Of a stretch of DNA of 30,000 nt, positions 9,827-19,314 are shown in pieces. Source of the DNA: an uncultured Azonexus sp. (GTDB lineage: Bacteria > Pseudomonadota > Gammaproteobacteria > Burkholderiales > Rhodocyclaceae). A program made the position numbers and the translations under genes. The first letter of the stretch is position 1. Each line of letters starts with the position of its first letter. The notes beneath the pieces are model-generated. The model was not told the DNA's origin. It saw only the letters and a list, made by a program, of their open reading frames with translations, and searched no databases. Location of the stretch: assembly GCF_937982035.1 (NCBI RefSeq), contig NZ_CALJNI010000015.1, forward strand, positions 1-30,000. The letters are read 5' to 3'.

Positions 9827-9965
9827 GCCGCCAGCGCCCCATGACGATAGGCGCCAGCAGGATGAGGACGGCGACCAGGGCGAAGACGACGACGGGATTG
9901 GTGATCGGGAACAGCGCTGTCATTTCATGGTGCAGTGCAAAAACCAGCCCGGATAGTAACCCCAT
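9827..9965 (-). other. Out-of-frame 5' segment encoding the missing TM1 of the antiporter (frameshift or sequencing error)
   Basis: Reverse-strand reading from ATG 9923 (or 9965) gives MTALFPITNPVVVFALVAVLILLAPIVMGRWR. The frame then diverges at tgg cgg c|atg ccc ggc atg gtc. Removing one nucleotide would give ..APIVMGRWRMPGMVGLLAAG.., a normal CPA2 N-terminus. Confidence 0.6.
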
Positions 9966-10003
9966 CCGGGATCAGCGCACCACCCTGCCGGCAGACGCCG
10001 GCC

Positions 10004-11632
10004 CTAACCCGTAGCCGAGCCGACGATGTCCGGTCGTAGATGCATCGGCGCATCGACGAAGATGCGCGCGTCCATGAGTCGGGGCGCAGTCGGCATCAAG
10101 GGCACGAAGTCCATGCGCGCCAGGATGTCGTGCTGCAGGTCCACACCCGGCGCGATTTCGGTCAGCACCAGCCCGGCCGCGGTCAGTTCGAAGACGCAGC
10201 GCTCGGTGATGAAGAGCACCGGCGTGCCGCGCTTGACCGCCTGCGGCCCGGAGAAGGTGCGGTGTTCGACCTGGTCGACGAACTTGACCGCCGAGCCGTC
10301 CTGGAGAATTTTCAACTTGCCGCCGTCGACCGCCACTTCAAGTTGACCGGCGGTGAAGGTACCGACGAAGACGACCTTGCGCGCCGATTGCGAGATGTTG
10401 ATGAAGCCACCGGCACCGGCCAGTCGCGGGCCGAATTTGGAGACATTCAGGTTGCCTTCGCGGTCGGCCTGGGCCAGCCCGAGGAAAGCGAGGTCGAGAC
10501 CGCCGCCGTCGTAGAAATCGAACTGGCTGGGCTGGTCGATGATCGCCTGGGTGTTGGTGGCGGCGCCGAAGTTCAGGCCACCGGCGGGCACGCCGCCGAT
10601 GACGCCGGGTTCGGCGGTCAAGGTCATCAGGTCGACGATGCCCTCCTCGGCGGCGACGTCGGCCACGCCCTCGGGCATGCCGATGCCGAGATTGACCACG
10701 GCGCCCGGCGTCAGCTCCATCGCCGCGCGGCGGGCGATGATCTTGCGCTCGCTCATCGGCATCGGCTTCAGCGCCGACATCGGCACCCGGATTTCGCCGG
10801 CAAAGGCCGGGCTGTACGGCTCGGCGAAGGTCTGCATGTGGTATTCGGGCTTCTCGGCGACCACCACGCAATCGACCAGGATGCCGGGAATCTTGACCTG
10901 GCGAGGGTTGAGCGTGCCGCGTTCGGCGATGCGCTCGACCTGGACGATGACGATGCCGCCTGAATTCTTCGCCGCCATGGCGATGGCCTGCGCTTCCAGC
11001 GTCAACGCTTCCTTTTCCATGGTCACGTTGCCGTCAGGATCGGCGGTGGTGCCGCGGATGATGCCGACGTGAATCGGGAAAGCCTTGTAGAACAGGTATT
11101 CCTCACCGTCGATTTCCATCAGCCGGACCAGTTCGGCGGTCGTCCGTTCGTTCAGCTTGCCGCCGCCGAAGCGCGGATCGACGAAGGTACCGAGACCGGT
11201 GCGCGTGATCGTTCCCGGCTTGCCGGCGGCGATGTCGCGGAACAGGTGGGAGATCACGCCCTGCGGCAGGTTGTAGGCGGCGATGCGGTTGGCCACCGCC
11301 AGTTCCTGCAGGCGCGGCACCAGCCCCCAGTGACCGCCGATGACCCGGCCGACCAGGCCTTCATGACCGAGGTGGTTGAGCCCGCGTTCCTTGCCGTCGC
11401 CCTGGCCGGCGGCATAGACCAGCGTCAGGTCGCGCGGCGCACCCTGGCCATGCACGTCGCCTTCGCGCGTTTCGAGAAAGCGCTGCTCCAGCGCCACGGC
11501 GATGTTCTCGGGAAAGCCGATGCCGACGAAACCGCCGGTCGCCACCGTCGCGCCATCGCCGATGCGGGCGACGGCATCGCGTGCCGAAACGATCTTGCCA
11601 GCGGGGGAAAGGGATTGCGCCACAGTGCTCAT
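10004..11632 (-). CDS. pct: Acyl-CoA:acetate/propionate CoA-transferase (family I, fused alpha-beta, YdiF/Pct type)
   Basis: 542-aa ORF. Contains ..[29 protein letters not shown].., ..[56 protein letters not shown].. and ..[20 protein letters not shown]... Length and motifs are typical of Pct/YdiF. Confidence 0.8.
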   Translation of the reverse strand: MSTVAQSLSPAGKIVSARDAVARIGDGATVATGGFVGIGFPENIAVALEQRFLETREGDVHGQGAPRDLTLVYAAGQGDGKERGLNHLGHEGLVGRVIGGHWGLVPRLQELAVANRIAAYNLPQGVISHLFRDIAAGKPGTITRTGLGTFVDPRFGGGKLNERTTAELVRLMEIDGEEYLFYKAFPIHVGIIRGTTADPDGNVTMEKEALTLEAQAIAMAAKNSGGIVIVQVERIAERGTLNPRQVKIPGILVDCVVVAEKPEYHMQTFAEPYSPAFAGEIRVPMSALKPMPMSERKIIARRAAMELTPGAVVNLGIGMPEGVADVAAEEGIVDLMTLTAEPGVIGGVPAGGLNFGAATNTQAIIDQPSQFDFYDGGGLDLAFLGLAQADREGNLNVSKFGPRLAGAGGFINISQSARKVVFVGTFTAGQLEVAVDGGKLKILQDGSAVKFVDQVEHRTFSGPQAVKRGTPVLFITERCVFELTAAGLVLTEIAPGVDLQHDILARMDFVPLMPTAPRLMDARIFVDAPMHLRPDIVGSATG

Positions 11633-11712
11633 CGAGTTCTCCGGGAAACGACAAACCCCAATGTTCGGGCAGAGCGCGGCATTGCGCCACGCTCGTTTAC
11701 CCGCATGCGGCG

Positions 11713-12297
11713 TCAGTTGACCAGCGCTGCCTCGATTTCGGCGAAGGTCCGCGGCAGATCGAAGCCCAGCACCGGCACGCCGAGCGCACGACCGATCTGG
11801 GTGGCCGAGAACAGGCCGCGAACGCGCGGCAGGCCGGTGGACGGATCGGTATCCTCAACCAGCACGTGCTGACGACCGAGTTGCTTGAGCGCGTTGAGGA
11901 TGTCGGCCACGCGGGCGCGCAACACGTCTTCCAGATACAGGGTGTCGATGCTGGCGATCGGCGTCATCAGGTCGGCCACACGCAGTTCATCGCGCTTGCC
12001 GCCGCGCGCCTGTGCCACCTGCAAAGGCTTCTCACCGAGGATGTCGCGGGCGGTGATCAGGCCGACGACTTCTTCGTCCTTGCCCAGCACCATCAGCAGG
12101 CGGACGCCGCGCGAGATCATGCGCGCATTGGCATCGTCCACCGAGGCTTCGGGACCGATGCTGACCACATTGACCCGGGAAAAATCGGTCATCGCTTCGA
12201 TCGCCGGCGAATCGGCGGCAATCAGGTTGAAACCGGAAACGCACAGCGAGGCATTTTGCGACAGCTTGTGCGCACGAACGTTAACAGGATGGTTCAT
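11713..12297 (-). CDS. CBS-domain pair protein
   Basis: I trimmed the 11713..12411 ORF to the ATG at 12297, which is preceded by GGAGGAAGA. The product is [12 protein letters not shown]... with two CBS-like modules (..[44 protein letters not shown].. and ..[28 protein letters not shown]). Confidence 0.75.
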   Translation of the reverse strand: MNHPVNVRAHKLSQNASLCVSGFNLIAADSPAIEAMTDFSRVNVVSIGPEASVDDANARMISRGVRLLMVLGKDEEVVGLITARDILGEKPLQVAQARGGKRDELRVADLMTPIASIDTLYLEDVLRARVADILNALKQLGRQHVLVEDTDPSTGLPRVRGLFSATQIGRALGVPVLGFDLPRTFAEIEAALVN

Positions 12298-12531
12298 GGT
12301 GTCTTCCTCCATCAGGATTCTTATTTTTGCGGGGCAAACCGCTTGCCGGGAGTGTCTCGACCAACCCGCACTCCTTGTCCACAGTATTCCGGGAAGCGGG
12401 CCCACTTGCAAGCGATTGGCACATTCGCCACAACACCGCTGAAAAGCCTCCGGGCAACTGCGCTTTCGGCTACGCAGACGCGGTATGATTCGCCGCTTTC
12501 ACCCAGCACCCGCCTACCCAAGCCACCAGCC

Positions 12532-13098
12532 ATGAACCGCCCGACCAGCCGCCTGCGCTCACTGATTCCGACCCGGGAACAGATCATGGCCAATCGCTGG
12601 CTCGGCTGGCTGCGCCCCTTCCTGGCCCACCCGCAACTGTGGCGCTGGTCGCGCCGCGGCGTCGCCCTCGGCGTGGCGCTCGGCATCTTCTTCGGGCTGC
12701 TGATCCCGATCGCCCAGATCCCCTTCTCCGCCGCTGCAGCCGTCCTGCTGCGCGCCAATGTCCCGGCCGCCGCAGCCAGCACGCTGGTCACCAACCCGGT
12801 GACTTTCGGCCCCGTGTATTACGCGGCCTACCGTCTGGGCAGCTGGATATACGGCGACACGCCGCAGGACGAACCGCCGGTACATGAGGATGCCGACCAT
12901 GAGACCAGTATCTGGGAACGCATCGGCAAACTCGGCCTGCCGCTGATCACCGGCCTGGCCGTCATGGCCACGCTGTTCGGCCTGCTCAGCTATTTCGTGA
13001 TCAGCGCAGTATGGTACTGGCGGGTCAAGGCCAAACGACGGCGCATGATCCGCTATTACCAGACACGCGACGGCAGGAAGAACGGCGACCCGCAATAG
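12532..13098 (+). CDS. DUF2062-like small membrane protein
   Basis: I trimmed the 11581..13098 ORF to the in-frame ATG at 12532, because its upstream part overlaps pct and the CBS gene antisense. The product is MNRPTSRLRSLIPTREQIMANRWLGWLRPFLAHPQLWRWSRRGVALGVALGIFFGLLIPIAQIPFSAAAAVLLRANVPAAAASTLVTNPVTFGPVYYAAY.., matching my recollection of DUF2062. Confidence 0.7.
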   Translation: MNRPTSRLRSLIPTREQIMANRWLGWLRPFLAHPQLWRWSRRGVALGVALGIFFGLLIPIAQIPFSAAAAVLLRANVPAAAASTLVTNPVTFGPVYYAAYRLGSWIYGDTPQDEPPVHEDADHETSIWERIGKLGLPLITGLAVMATLFGLLSYFVISAVWYWRVKAKRRRMIRYYQTRDGRKNGDPQ

Positions 13099-13100
13099 GA

Positions 13101-13125
13101 AAAGCCCGGCGCGCGGCCGGGCTTT
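13101..13125. terminator. Bidirectional stem-loop terminator between the DUF2062 gene and tRNA-Ala
   Basis: AAAGCCCGG(C) ..loop.. (G)CCGGGCTTT forms a 9-10 bp GC-rich stem. It is flanked by A-run/T-run, so a U-tract exists on either strand. It lies 3 nt after the DUF2062 stop and 8 nt after the tRNA 3' end. Confidence 0.6.
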
Positions 13126-13132
13126 CGAATGA

Positions 13133-13208
13133 TGGTGGAGACAGGCGGGATCGAACCGCCGACCTTCTGATTGCGAACCAGACGCTCTCCCAACTGAGCT
13201 ATGCCCCC
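13133..13208 (-). tRNA. tRNA-Ala (anticodon CGC)
   Basis: Reverse complement is GGGGGCATAGCTCAGTTGGGAGAGCGTCTGGTTCGCAATCAGAAGGTCGGCGGTTCGATCCCGCCTGTCTCCACCA. It folds by hand into a cloverleaf with anticodon loop TTCGCAA (CGC). It has the G3:U70 alanine identity pair, the GTTCGATCC T-arm and an encoded CCA. Confidence 0.93.
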
Positions 13209-13241
13209 GAAGTGCCCGAATTCTAGCGCAATACTTCGGGC

Positions 13242-14261
13242 TTATCCATTCTCCGACACCCCGGCAGGTTTCTGGCCTGCGCCGACCGCGGCACGCCGGA
13301 GCCGGTCGGCGACGGCCACCCAGTCCGCTCCCGTCGGCAGGGCTTCGACAACGATCAGGTCGACGCCGGCATGATCCATATCGCGCAGCGCGGCGTAGAG
13401 GTCGTGAGCGTAGCCGACCGGGTCGGCCGGCAGCATCCGCCAGGCGTGCGGCATGCCGGCCTGCGGCGGCTGGTTGGGGCTGATCACGCCGCAGGTGCCG
13501 CCGCGATGGCGCTGGGCGTTGAGGAAGTCGAGCAGGCGCTCGCCAGTGACCACGCGTAGCGGCGTGATCGGCGCGTAATGCGCTTCCAGCGAGCCGGAAA
13601 CGCGCGGCGCGCCGTGGCTGGTTTCGATCGCCGGCACACGACCGAGCACCGCTTCGAGATGCAACGGCGAGATGTGGCCGGGACGCAGCACCACCGGTTC
13701 GCCACGCGAGCAGTCGATGATCGTCGATTCGATGCCGACGGCGCAGGGACCGCCGTCGAGGATCAGCGGCACGGCTTCGCCCAGTTCCTCGGCAACGTGG
13801 GCAGCGGTGGTCGGGCTGATGCGGCCGAAGCGGTTGGCCGACGGCGCGGCGATGCCGGCGTGCTCACCTTTGGCGGCGGCAAAACGGCGCAGCAGTTCGA
13901 GCGCCACCGGATGGCCGGGGACGCGCAGGCCGACGGTATCCTGGCCGCCGGTGACGGCGTCGGGCACCCAGGCCTGCTTCTTCAGGATCAAGGTCAGCGG
14001 GCCGGGCCAGAAGGTTTCCATCAGCTCCCAGGCGACCGCCGGCACCTGCTCGGCCCAGGCCTCGACGGTATCGTGGCCGGCCAGGTGGACGATCAGCGGA
14101 TGATCGGCCGGGCGGCCCTTGGCAGCGAAAATTTTCGCCACCGCCGCCGGGTTGGCAGCGTCGGCGCCGAGGCCGTAGACGGTCTCGGTCGGCAGCGCGA
14201 CCAGTTTGCCGGCCAGCAGCAGGTCGACAGCGCGCTGGTAATCCGCTTCGGAAGGCGTCAT
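13242..14261 (-). CDS. tsaC: L-threonylcarbamoyladenylate synthase (Sua5/YwlC-type TsaC with C-terminal Sua5 domain)
   Basis: I trimmed the 13242..14879 ORF to the ATG at 14261, which overlaps the purK stop (TGATG). The product is [61 protein letters not shown].. (YrdC/Sua5 fold). It also has ..IAAPSANRFGRISPTTAAHV.. and a roughly 120-aa C-terminal extension. Confidence 0.85.
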   Translation of the reverse strand: MTPSEADYQRAVDLLLAGKLVALPTETVYGLGADAANPAAVAKIFAAKGRPADHPLIVHLAGHDTVEAWAEQVPAVAWELMETFWPGPLTLILKKQAWVPDAVTGGQDTVGLRVPGHPVALELLRRFAAAKGEHAGIAAPSANRFGRISPTTAAHVAEELGEAVPLILDGGPCAVGIESTIIDCSRGEPVVLRPGHISPLHLEAVLGRVPAIETSHGAPRVSGSLEAHYAPITPLRVVTGERLLDFLNAQRHRGGTCGVISPNQPPQAGMPHAWRMLPADPVGYAHDLYAALRDMDHAGVDLIVVEALPTGADWVAVADRLRRAAVGAGQKPAGVSENG

Positions 14262-15409
14262 CAGTCCTTGATGCCGATGGCGGCGCGGGCGGTCAGCGCG
14301 GTCTTCTGCACGGCTTCTGGATTGTCGCCGATGACCGTGAAGTGGCCCATCTTGCGGCCCGGGCGGGCGTGGTGCTTGCCGTAGAGGTGCAGCTTCAGGT
14401 TGGGGATGGCGTAGAGCACCGACCAGTCGGGTTCGCGGTAGGTATCGCCGTCGTACCACAGGTCGCCGAGCAGGTTGACCATCACCGACGCCGAATGCGC
14501 GCGCGGCTCGCCCAGCGGCAGGCCGCACAGCGCGCGCACCTGTTGCTCGAACTGATTGGTGACGCAGGCGTCGATGGTGTAGTGGCCGCTGTTGTGCGGG
14601 CGCGGCGCCATTTCGTTGACCAGCAGCTGGCCACGGCTGACGAAGAACTCGACGCCCATGGTGCCGATGTAGCCGAGCTTTTCGGCGATGCGCGCGGCGA
14701 CGTCTTCGGCGTCGCTCTTCATGCAGCCGGAAGTGCGCGCCGGCACGATGGAGACATCGAGGATGCCGCGCGTGTGCTGGTTCTCGCCGGTCGGGAAGCA
14801 GGCGACCTGGCCGTTCTCGTCGCGCGCCAGCACGACCGAAACTTCGTAGTCGAGCGGCAGACGCTGTTCGAGCACGCATTGCTCGCCCTTGAACTGGGCG
14901 AAGGCGAGCAGCGCCTCCTCGATGTTGTTGACCGTCGCCTGGCCTTTACCGTCGTAGCCGAAGCGGGCGACCTTGAGGATGGCCGGGAACAGGCTGGCCG
15001 GCGCGGCCTTCAGGTCGGCGTCGCTGTTGACCTCGATGAACGGGCCGTGCGGGAAACCGTTGTCGCGCAGGAAAGATTTTTCGCTCACGCGGTGCTGGCA
15101 AATGGCCACTGCCGCCGCGTGCGGGCGCACCGGCACGAACTTGGCGAGGTAGTCGAGCGTCGCCGCCGGCACGTTCTCGAATTCGGTGGTGATCGCGGCA
15201 CAGCCGGCGGCGAATTCGTCGAGCGCGGCGTAGTCGTCGTAGGCGACGCAGAAGTGGCGTTCGGCAATCTGCGCGGCGGGGGAATTCTTGTCCGGATCGA
15301 GCACCCAGACCCGGTAGCCCAGTTCGTGGGCGGCGGCAACGAAGAAGCGGCCGAGCTGGCCACCGCCGAGCATGCCCAGCGTGGCGGGCGGCAAGATCGT
15401 CGTCTTCAT
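14261..15409 (-). CDS. purK: N5-carboxyaminoimidazole ribonucleotide synthase
   Basis: 382-aa ORF starting [40 protein letters not shown].. ATP-grasp body ..[17 protein letters not shown].. and ..[21 protein letters not shown]... Directly downstream of purE with an ATGA overlap. Confidence 0.93.
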   Translation of the reverse strand: MKTTILPPATLGMLGGGQLGRFFVAAAHELGYRVWVLDPDKNSPAAQIAERHFCVAYDDYAALDEFAAGCAAITTEFENVPAATLDYLAKFVPVRPHAAAVAICQHRVSEKSFLRDNGFPHGPFIEVNSDADLKAAPASLFPAILKVARFGYDGKGQATVNNIEEALLAFAQFKGEQCVLEQRLPLDYEVSVVLARDENGQVACFPTGENQHTRGILDVSIVPARTSGCMKSDAEDVAARIAEKLGYIGTMGVEFFVSRGQLLVNEMAPRPHNSGHYTIDACVTNQFEQQVRALCGLPLGEPRAHSASVMVNLLGDLWYDGDTYREPDWSVLYAIPNLKLHLYGKHHARPGRKMGHFTVIGDNPEAVQKTALTARAAIGIKD

Positions 15410-15903
15410 ACTTCGGGCAGCTTCATCGCCAGGACCTTCTCGGTCTGGGCGGTACGGAAAGCCTGCAGCTTGGCGTTCAGCGCCGCGTCGCCGTTGGCCA
15501 GCATGGCGACGGCGAACAGCGCGGCGTTGGCGGCGCCGGCTTCGCCGATGGCGAAGGTGGCAACCGGGATGCCCTTGGGCATCTGCACGATGCTGTGCAA
15601 GGAATCGACGCCGGACAGCGCGCGCGACTGCACCGGCACGCCGAGTACCGGCACCGTCGTCTTGGCGGCAAGCATGCCGGGCAGGTGGGCGGCACCGCCG
15701 GCACCGGCGATGATCGCCTGCAGGCCGCGCGGAGCGGCGGTCTCGGCGTATTCAAAGAGCAGGTCGGGCGTGCGGTGGGCGGAAACGACGCGGGCTTCGA
15801 AAGCGACGCCGAAGTCCTTGAGGATGACGGCGGCGGCCTGCATGGTCGGCCAGTCGGAGTCGGAACCCATGACGATACCGACGGAGATTTTCTTGTCGCT
15901 CAT
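15406..15903 (-). CDS. purE: N5-carboxyaminoimidazole ribonucleotide mutase (class I PurE)
   Basis: I trimmed the 15406..16044 ORF to the ATG at 15903. The product is [77 protein letters not shown]... ATGA overlaps with the folD stop and the purK start. Confidence 0.93.
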   Translation of the reverse strand: MSDKKISVGIVMGSDSDWPTMQAAAVILKDFGVAFEARVVSAHRTPDLLFEYAETAAPRGLQAIIAGAGGAAHLPGMLAAKTTVPVLGVPVQSRALSGVDSLHSIVQMPKGIPVATFAIGEAGAANAALFAVAMLANGDAALNAKLQAFRTAQTEKVLAMKLPEV

Positions 15904-16760
15904 TTGCGGATTCCTGCTTTGCGTTCGGCGGCCTCGATGGTGTTGGCCAGCAGCATGGTGATGGTCATCGGCCCGACGCCGCCTGGCACCGGGGTGATCT
16001 GGCCGGCAACGGCGAGGCAGTCGTCGAAGTCTACGTCGCCGCACAGCTTGCCGTCCGGCAGGCGGTTGATGCCGACATCGATGACGACGGCGCCCGGCTT
16101 GATCATGTCGCCCTTGACGAACTTCGGCTTGCCGACGGCGGCGACGACGATGTCGGCGCGGCTGGTGTGGAACTTCAGGTCGCGCGTCTTCGAATGGCAG
16201 ACGGTGACCGTGGCGCCGGCATTGATCAGCAGCATCGCCATGGGTTTACCCACGATGTTGGAGCGGCCGATGACGACGGCTTCCTGGCCGGTCAGGTCGA
16301 CGTTGCCCTTTTCGAACATCTTCATCACGCCGTACGGCGTGCAGGGGATGAAGCGCGGCGCGCCTTGCGACAGCGCGCCGACGTTCTCGGCGTGGAAGCC
16401 GTCGACGTCCTTCTCGGCGGAAATCGCTTCAAGGACCTTTTCTTCGTCGAAGTGCTTGGGCAGCGGCAGTTGCACCAGGATGCCGTGGATGGACGGATCG
16501 GCGTTCAGTTCGGCGATCTTGTCGAGGACGACCTGCTGATCGACGTCCTTCTCATAGACGATCTTCTCGGAATGCATGCCGATGGCCAGGCAGCCATTGA
16601 CCTTGTTCTTCACGTAGACCTGCGAGGCCGGGTCCTCGCCAACCAGAATGACCACCAGACCGGGCTTGTGCCCTTTGGCCGTCAGGGTTTCCACGCGTGC
16701 CTTGAAGCTCTGCCGAAGCTCTTCCGCCAGCGCCTTGCCGTCAATGATTTGTGCCGTCAT
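15900..16760 (-). CDS. folD: Bifunctional methylenetetrahydrofolate dehydrogenase / methenyltetrahydrofolate cyclohydrolase
   Basis: 286-aa ORF starting [53 protein letters not shown].. Also ..[10 protein letters not shown].. and ..[37 protein letters not shown]... Confidence 0.95.
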   Translation of the reverse strand: MTAQIIDGKALAEELRQSFKARVETLTAKGHKPGLVVILVGEDPASQVYVKNKVNGCLAIGMHSEKIVYEKDVDQQVVLDKIAELNADPSIHGILVQLPLPKHFDEEKVLEAISAEKDVDGFHAENVGALSQGAPRFIPCTPYGVMKMFEKGNVDLTGQEAVVIGRSNIVGKPMAMLLINAGATVTVCHSKTRDLKFHTSRADIVVAAVGKPKFVKGDMIKPGAVVIDVGINRLPDGKLCGDVDFDDCLAVAGQITPVPGGVGPMTITMLLANTIEAAERKAGIRK

Positions 16761-16771
16761 CGTCCATCCGT

Positions 16772-16805
16772 CAAAAAGAAAAGGGGAAAGGCGGTGGCCT
16801 TTCCC
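16772..16805 (-). terminator. Rho-independent terminator downstream of iorB
   Basis: On the minus strand GGGAAAGGC-cacc-GCCTTTCCC forms a perfect 9-bp stem (16784-16792 / 16797-16805). It is followed by CTTTTCTTTTTGA. It lies 27 nt after the iorB stop and ends only about 11 nt before the folD ATG. Confidence 0.7.
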
Positions 16806-16831
16806 TTTGATTCGGCGCGGATTTTACCAGA

Positions 16832-17443
16832 TTACGCGAGCGCTGCTTCAGCCGCGCCCACCGCCGCCCTTCCGGCCTCGAAAGCACGCCGGTTGAGTTC
16901 GACCAGTTTCTCGCCCTTGCGCGCAAAACGCTTGAGCACGCAATCGAGCAGGACTTCCGCGCCGAACGGCAGATGATCGGCGATGGCACCGAGCATGACG
17001 GTGTTGCCGAGGCGGATGTCGCCGAGTTCCTGGGCAATCGTCGTCGCGTCGAAGGCGACCACCTTGTTGCCGGTCTTGCGGATTTCGGCGAGCGGATCGT
17101 CGGGGTAATCGAAGAGGCCGAGTTCAACCACCGGCGGCACCAGCCGGGCGGTGTTCATCAGCGTGATGCCGCCTTTCTTCAGCATGTGCTGCCAGCGCAT
17201 CGCCTCGGCCGATTCGAAACCGAGCAGCACGTCGGCGCTGCCCGGCGTGATCTGCGGCGACAGCACGCGCTCGCCGAAACGCAGGTGCGAGGAGACGACG
17301 CCGCCGCGCTGCGCCATGCCGGCGACTTCGGTTTTCTTGGCATCGTGACCGAGGGCGATGGCCGCTTCGGCGAGGATTTCGGTGGCGGTCATAACGCCCT
17401 GGCCACCGATACCGACGACGAGGATATTGGTCGTTGCGCTCAT
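16832..17443 (-). CDS. iorB: Indolepyruvate:ferredoxin oxidoreductase subunit beta
   Basis: I trimmed the 16832..17545 ORF to the ATG at 17443, which has an ATGA overlap with the iorA stop. The product is MSATTNILVVGIGGQGVMTATEILAEAAIALGHDAKKTEVAGMAQRGGVVSSHLRFG.., a typical 2-oxoacid:ferredoxin oxidoreductase gamma-type domain. Confidence 0.85.
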   Translation of the reverse strand: MSATTNILVVGIGGQGVMTATEILAEAAIALGHDAKKTEVAGMAQRGGVVSSHLRFGERVLSPQITPGSADVLLGFESAEAMRWQHMLKKGGITLMNTARLVPPVVELGLFDYPDDPLAEIRKTGNKVVAFDATTIAQELGDIRLGNTVMLGAIADHLPFGAEVLLDCVLKRFARKGEKLVELNRRAFEAGRAAVGAAEAALA

Positions 17444-19314
17444 GCCAAACACCCTCCCTTGACGAACTGGATCGGCGCGCTCGGTACGTAGTGCTCGATA
17501 GCCTTGGGCGCACAGGGCTGCAGACAGAGGCCACAACCGGTACACACCGACGATTCGATACGGACGAAGGCCAGGTCGACCTCACGGCCGCTGGCCTTGA
17601 CCTCCTTGCCGCGCCGGGTGACGTGAATGGCCGGACAGCCGACATCGATACAGTTGCCGCAACCGGTGCACTTGTCCTCATCGACTGCGTAGGGCTTGAG
17701 CTTGTGGTAGTCCTTGATCAGCACGCAGGGCTGGTCGGTGATGATCACCGACACATCCGGCACCTTGACCTCTTCGCGGATGGTCTTGAACAGCACCGGC
17801 AACTCGTACGGATTGACCACGTGAATGCGCTCGTCCTTGACCCCCAGCGCCGACACCAGCTTGGCGAAGTCGATGCGCGGTGCTTCGTCGCCGTGGATGT
17901 CGCGGCCGTTGCCCGGGTTGTCCTGACCGCCGGTCATGCCGACAGCGCGGTTGTCGAGCAACAGGACGGTGACGTTGCCTTTGTTGTACACCATGTCGAG
18001 CAGACCCTGCATGCCCATGTGCAGGAAAGTCGAATCGCCGATCACGGCGACCACGCGCTTGTCCTTGTCGGACTCGCCGCGGCCCTTGTCCATGCCCAGG
18101 GCGATGCCCATCGACGCGCCCATCGAGACGCAGGTATCCATCGCCTGCCAGGGGTGACCGGCACCCAGCGTGTAGCAGCCGATGTCGCCGGAGATGTTGA
18201 GGTTGCGCACCTGCGACAGCGTGTAATAGACGCCAAGGTGCGGGCAAGCGACGCACATCGTCGGCGGCCGCGGGAACAGTTGCAGGGCGGCCGTCGCTTC
18301 GCTTTCCGGCAGCACTTCGCCGAGCAGCCGGGCAATCGCCGGCCTGAGCACGGCCGGCGACAACTCGCCCTGCAGCGGCAGGATGTCCTTGCCGATGACG
18401 GCGATGCCCTGGGCCTTGAGTTCGGTTTCGAGCAGCGGCTCGACTTCCTCGACCACCACCACCTGATCGACCAGCGCCGCCAGTTCGCGGCACTTCTCGA
18501 ACGGCGCCGGGCAAGAGAAGCCAAGCTTGAGCACCGGGGCATTCGGGAAGGCTTCCTTGACGTGCATGTAGGCCGGACCGGAAGTGATGAAGCCGACGCG
18601 GCGGTCGCTGCCCGGCTCGATGAAGTTCAGCGGCGAAGTCTCGGCCAGCGCGCGCAGGTCGCGGTCGCGCTGGAACATCAGCGGAATGCGCTTGCCGGCG
18701 TTGCCCGGGACCATCACGTAACGCGCCGGGTCCTTGCGGAAGCCGGCGCCGGTGTGCGGCACGCGCTCACCGACGGTGACGATGGATTTGACGTGATTGA
18801 TGCGCGTCGTCATGCGCAGGATCACCGGCACCTGGAACTGCTCGGACAGCGCGAAGGCGTCGAGCGTCATCGCGTAGGCTTCCTGCGAATCGGCCGGCTC
18901 GAACACCGGCACATGCGCGAAACGCCCCCAGTAGCGGGAATCCTGCTCGTTCTGCGACGACGACAGGCCGACGTCGTCGGCAATGGCGATCACCAGACCA
19001 CCACTGACGCCGGTCAGGGTCAGCGTCATCAGCGCGTCGGAGGCGACGTTCATGCCGACATGCTTCATGCAGCAGAAGGCGCGCGACCCGGCGTAGGCGG
19101 CGCCGATGGCAACTTCCAGCGAGACCTTCTCGTTGACCGACCACTCGGCGTAGAGATCCGGGTAGGTGGCGATTTCTTCCAGCATCTCGGTCGACGGCGT
19201 GCCGGGATAGGCCGCAGCCACCTTGACGCCGGCTTCCCAGACGGCGCGGGCGACAGCTTCGTTGCCGGAAAGCAAATGCCGGCTGGCGGCCGGTGCGGGC
19301 ATGACTGCTGCCAT
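17440..19314 (-). CDS. iorA: Indolepyruvate:ferredoxin oxidoreductase subunit alpha (TPP- and 4Fe-4S-binding)
   Basis: 624-aa ORF. Contains ..LLSGNEAVARAVWEAGVKVAAAYPGTPSTEMLEEIA.., the TPP region ..VAVIGDSTFLHMGMQGLLDMVYNKGNVTVLLLDNRAVGMTGGQ.., and the C-terminal ferredoxin motifs CTGCGNCIDVGCP and CTGCGLCLQPCAP. Confidence 0.88.
   Translation of the reverse strand: MAAVMPAPAASRHLLSGNEAVARAVWEAGVKVAAAYPGTPSTEMLEEIATYPDLYAEWSVNEKVSLEVAIGAAYAGSRAFCCMKHVGMNVASDALMTLTLTGVSGGLVIAIADDVGLSSSQNEQDSRYWGRFAHVPVFEPADSQEAYAMTLDAFALSEQFQVPVILRMTTRINHVKSIVTVGERVPHTGAGFRKDPARYVMVPGNAGKRIPLMFQRDRDLRALAETSPLNFIEPGSDRRVGFITSGPAYMHVKEAFPNAPVLKLGFSCPAPFEKCRELAALVDQVVVVEEVEPLLETELKAQGIAVIGKDILPLQGELSPAVLRPAIARLLGEVLPESEATAALQLFPRPPTMCVACPHLGVYYTLSQVRNLNISGDIGCYTLGAGHPWQAMDTCVSMGASMGIALGMDKGRGESDKDKRVVAVIGDSTFLHMGMQGLLDMVYNKGNVTVLLLDNRAVGMTGGQDNPGNGRDIHGDEAPRIDFAKLVSALGVKDERIHVVNPYELPVLFKTIREEVKVPDVSVIITDQPCVLIKDYHKLKPYAVDEDKCTGCGNCIDVGCPAIHVTRRGKEVKASGREVDLAFVRIESSVCTGCGLCLQPCAPKAIEHYVPSAPIQFVKGGCLA

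Noticed and set aside
7856-9844. Plus-strand ORFs 7856..8953 (365 aa), 8985..9371 and 9146..9844 opposite the antiporter
   Set aside because: They are antisense to a transporter with clear transmembrane periodicity. The translations are R/Q/G-rich and featureless.
10040-11872. Plus-strand ORFs 10040..10963 and 11069..11872 opposite pct
   Set aside because: They are antisense shadows of the well-supported CoA-transferase gene.
12417-12433. TGGCAC in the CBS/DUF2062 divergent spacer, which looked like a sigma54 -24 element
   Set aside because: The sequence at the -12 position is CCACA rather than TTGC(A/T). The opposite strand lacks the GG dinucleotide, so it does not meet the TGGCAC-N5-TTGC consensus.
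11581-12531. 5' extension of the 505-aa ORF 11581..13098
   Set aside because: The extension overlaps pct and the CBS gene antisense and crosses an intergenic region. The recognisable DUF2062-like protein begins at the internal ATG 12532.
13133-13208. tRNA-Ala as a possible integration site for the accessory cassette
   Set aside because: The low-GC cassette begins about 12.5 kb away, after lpdA. The tRNA is flanked by ordinary core genes, and no integrase or direct repeat of the tRNA 3' end was seen.
13214-13242. GCCCGAA...TTCGGGC inverted repeat between tRNA-Ala and the tsaC stop as a terminator
   Set aside because: It has a 7-bp stem with a 15-nt loop and no clear U-tract, which is too weak to call.
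14262-14879. 5' extension of ORF 13242..14879 (545 aa), and similar extensions of the tamA (2058-2615), tamB (4120-4290), purE (15904-16044), iorB (17444-17545) and CBS (12298-12411) ORFs
   Set aside because: The extensions run through the preceding gene in another frame and encode R/P/A-rich sequence. Internal ATGs give canonical N-termini and tidy start/stop junctions.
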